From contig CAXHJY010000958.1 in assembly GCA_964016885.1 (NCBI GenBank), positions 1 to 15,105 of the forward strand: 15,105 nucleotides of DNA, written 5' to 3'. This DNA comes from Eledone cirrhosa. Lineage: Eukaryota. Under the pieces are notes generated by a model. It made no database searches. It saw only the letters and a program-made list of their open reading frames with translations, and was not told the DNA's origin. How positions within the stretch are numbered: the stretch's first letter is position 1; each line of letters begins with the position of its first letter. Shown piece after piece: positions 11,476-15,105 of the stretch. A program made the translations under genes and the position numbers.

Positions 11476-11606
11476 GTCATCGTCATCATTATCATCATCA
11501 TCACCATCATCACCATCATCACCATCGTCATCATCACCATCGTCATCATCATCATCATCATCATCATCACCATCATCACCATCACTATCATCATCATCCA
11601 CCACTT
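11476..11606. repeat. (CAT/CAC)n trinucleotide repeat
   Basis: Directly visible. Confidence 0.93.
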
Positions 11607-11768
11607 CAACAGTAGCTGCTAGAAAGGTTTATATCGACATCACAAATTTACGAAGCTATTAAATGCCGTTAAAACAGTTATTTATACATGACTATATATG
11701 GCATTATCATAAAGAAGATATATTTTCATTGGAACTGTAGAAATAGAATTCAATTTCACTGCAGCCTC

Positions 11769-11818
11769 ATATATATATATATATATACATATATACACAT
11801 CTATACATATATATATAT

Positions 11819-11876
<58 letters not shown>

Positions 11877-11998
11877 CTATATATATACATACATATATAC
11901 ACATCTATACATATATATATATATATATATACACATCTATACATATATATATATACACATGTCTATACATATATATATACATATACACACACATATCT

Positions 11999-12035
<37 letters not shown>

Positions 12036-12108
12036 TATACATAAATATATATATATACGCATCTATATATATATACGCATTTATATATATATATACATAT
12101 ATATATAT
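11769..12108. repeat. (TA)n microsatellite with recurring ACACATCTATAC unit
   Basis: The CATCTATA motif recurs several times within TA runs. Confidence 0.94.
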
Positions 12109-12316
12109 TTAGCTCTGTTTTGTTTGAGGGAGGCGAGGGGGGGGGGGGTTATTGACTCTTTTCTGACATTTATTTTCGTGCAATCACAATTTTTTTTCTC
12201 GTAAAATCTAAACGTTTAATGGAATAGAGTTAAAACTGGTGAAATGACAGTTTTAACTTTGTTTGTTGACCAAATATCTGAGGACTGTCCTGATTAACGT
12301 GAGTTGTCGTCCTTAT

Positions 12317-12450
12317 ATTTGTTGTTGTTCTTCTTCTTTTCCTCTTTTTTCCTCACTTCCTTCTTCTTTTTCTTCTTTTTCTTCTTTTTCTTCTTTTTGT
12401 TGTTGTTGATAATGATGCTGATATTGTTATTGCTGTTTATGTTGTTTATG
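12317..12450. repeat. Low-complexity (TTC/TTG)n tract
   Basis: TTCTTCTTT and TTG units. Confidence 0.85.
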
Positions 12451-12607
12451 TTTGGCCAAACGTCAGTCCGCATCATGAAGTCCTACTATGAAATACTTTG
12501 CTAAGTTTCGAGGGAATACATAAATTCAACATATCCGCTCTTTTAAATTTGATTTTGTTTTGCCACAAGTGCTTAGTTTTTTTCTTTTTCTAAAACCCTT
12601 GTAGATG

Positions 12608-12871
12608 ATTTGTCATGACCAAACTACACAACGGCCATTTCTCGCAATCGACACTGACTTTGTAACATATTTTAACTGTCTGTTGTTATGGTACTAGACA
12701 GGATCTCCATCTCCACATACCAGTCAAATAGTTGGTTCGACCACATTTGTCATGATCAAACTACACAACGGCCATCTCTCGCAATCGACACTGACTTTGT
12801 AAGGTGTCTGTCTTTTGGGGACTAGACACGGTCTGTGCCTCCACGTACCAGTCAAATACTTGGGTCGACAC
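12608..12871. repeat. Diverged tandem duplication (137 bp + 127 bp)
   Basis: Units 12608-12744 and 12745-12871 both begin ATTTGTCATGAYCAAACTACACAACGGCCATYTCTCGCAATCGACACTGACTTTGTAA and end TACCAGTCAAATASTTGGKTCGAC. Confidence 0.95.
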
Positions 12872-12930
12872 ATTCAATTCATCCCCCCGCAGCTCCAAAA
12901 TGTCTGGCCTTGCGCATGAAGTACAAAATA
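12846..12930 (+). mobile_element. 3' fragment of the same SINE family
   Basis: TACCAG...TGGGTCGA...CCCCC...CTGGCCTTG order matches the 3' half of SINE copies 1-3. Confidence 0.55.
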
Positions 12931-13084
12931 TTTGTCATATAAAAATACTGAACTTAATATGATACAGACAGATTCAGAATTGGAAGAAACTAGTGATGGT
13001 TTATTTCAGAAAATAAAGTCATCAGTAACTGAAATCTCTTCATAGAGGGAGAGTTCCGTTGTTAATCGCCCTGGTCCTCTTGAA

Positions 13085-13160
13085 AAGGAAACATTTCAGT
13101 ACATTTAATGTCCAACTAAGCAGGATTTGAACTCAGCAGACGTGAAGTAGTATTGAATAC
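13085..13160 (-). mobile_element. Decayed SINE head fragment
   Basis: GGATTTGAACTCAG (13123-13136) is identical to the B-box region of SINE copy 2; the flanks are degenerate. Confidence 0.45.
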
Positions 13161-13210
13161 ATTTCAGTCTAATTCAAGGCAGAGAGAGAAGGTAAATTAA
13201 CGAAAGATAA

Positions 13211-13217
13211 CACACAC

Positions 13218-13251
<34 letters not shown>

Positions 13252-13404
13252 ACATATATACACATATATATACACATATATATACATATATATACACATA
13301 TATATAACATATATATACATACATACACATATATACATATACATACACATATATACATATACATACACATATATACATATACATACACATATATACATAT
13401 ATAT

Positions 13405-13435
<31 letters not shown>

Positions 13436-14330
13436 AATATATATATATAAATATATATATATATAAATACATAATTTTGAAAAGGAAGTTGCATTATCAC
13501 AAGGTATGTCACTAATTATATATATAAATATATATATATATAAATATATATATATAAATATATATATATATAAATATATATAAAGATATATAAATATATA
13601 TAAAGATATATATATAAATATATATATATAAATATATATAAAGATATATAAATATATATAAAGATATATATATAAATATATATATATAAATATATATTAT
13701 TATTATTATTATATATAAATATATATATATAAATATATATTATTATTATTATTATATATAAATATATATATATATATAAATATAAATATATATTATTATT
13801 ATTATTATATATAAATATATATATATATATAAATATAAATATATGTAAATATATAAATAAATATAAATATATATAAATATATAAATAAATATATATAAAT
13901 ATATATATATAAATATATATATATAAATATATATATATAAATATATATATATAAATATATAAATATATATATATATAAATATATATATATATAAATATAT
14001 ATATATATAAATATATATATATATAAATATATATATATATAAATATATATATATATAAATATATATATATATAAATATATATATATAAATATATATAAAT
14101 ATATATATATAAATATATATATATAAATATATATAAATATATATATATAAATATATATATATAAATATATATATAAATATATATAAATATATATATATAT
14201 AAATATATATATAAATATATATATATATAAATATATATATAAATATATATATATATAAATATATATAAATATATATATATATAAATATATATAAATATAT
14301 ATATATAAATATAAATATATATAAATATAT

Positions 14331-14361
<31 letters not shown>

Positions 14362-14599
14362 AATATAAATATATATAAATATATATATATAAATATATAT
14401 AAATATATATAAATATATATATATAAATATATATAAATATATATAAATATATATATATAAATATATATAAATATATATATATAAATATATATAAATATAT
14501 ATAAATATATATATATAAATATATATAAATATATATAAATATATATAAATATATATATATAAATATATATAAATATATATATATAAATATATATATATA

Positions 14600-14633
<34 letters not shown>

Positions 14634-14907
14634 AATATATATATATAAATATATATATAAATATATATATATAAATATATATATATAAATATATATATAT
14701 ATAAATATATATAAATATATATATATAAATATATATATAAATATATATATATAAATATATATATATAAATATATATATATAAATATATATATATAAATAT
14801 ATATATATATAAATATATATAAATATATATATATAAAAATATATATATATAAATATATATATATATAAATATATATAAATATATATAAATATATATAAAT
14901 ATATATA

Positions 14908-14939
<32 letters not shown>

Positions 14940-15045
14940 AATATATATAAATATATATAAATATATATATATATAAATATATATATATAAATATATATAT
15001 ATAAATATATATATATAAATATATATATATAAATATATATATATA

Positions 15046-15077
<32 letters not shown>

Positions 15078-15105
15078 AATATATATATATAAATATATAT
15101 ATATA
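13211..15105. repeat. Very long (TA)n/TAAA microsatellite running off the window end
   Basis: CA-interrupted TA at 13211-13400, then TA runs punctuated by AAA; a short unique spacer at ~13470-13515; no G or C seen after 13845. Confidence 0.97.

Noticed and set aside
12126-12148. G-rich run as a G-quadruplex
   Set aside because: It is mostly one G homopolymer with no supporting context.
12981-13025. miR-7-like TGGAAGAAACTAGTGAT and an adjacent imperfect hairpin; also a minus-strand CTGATGA...GAAA
   Set aside because: A 2-nt insertion breaks the miR-7 seed, the hairpin geometry does not fit a pre-miRNA, and the would-be hammerhead stem II cannot pair.

Overview
AT-rich, non-coding eukaryotic DNA; roughly half is compound (TA)n/(CA)n/trinucleotide microsatellite. 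The SINE type and repeat style suggest a coleoid cephalopod such as Octopus (inference from recalled repeat consensus, no search run). No protein-coding gene is supported, and the long Y/I/M/C/V ORFs are microsatellite artefacts. The unique islands hold retroelement relics. These are (i) a near-canonical minimal type I hammerhead ribozyme at 2981-3032; (ii) a GC-rich foldback in a (TA)n tract (5975-6096) whose arms each read as the GAAA/stem III/GUC half of a hammerhead; (iii) a ~640 bp internally deleted RTE-like element on the minus strand (6543-7180) with a C2H2 zinc-finger remnant, an (ATGT)n tail and a possible decayed HDV-like ribozyme at its 5' end; (iv) tandem and inverted tRNA-derived SINEs (10589-11472); and (v) a ~130 bp tandem duplication (12608-12871).
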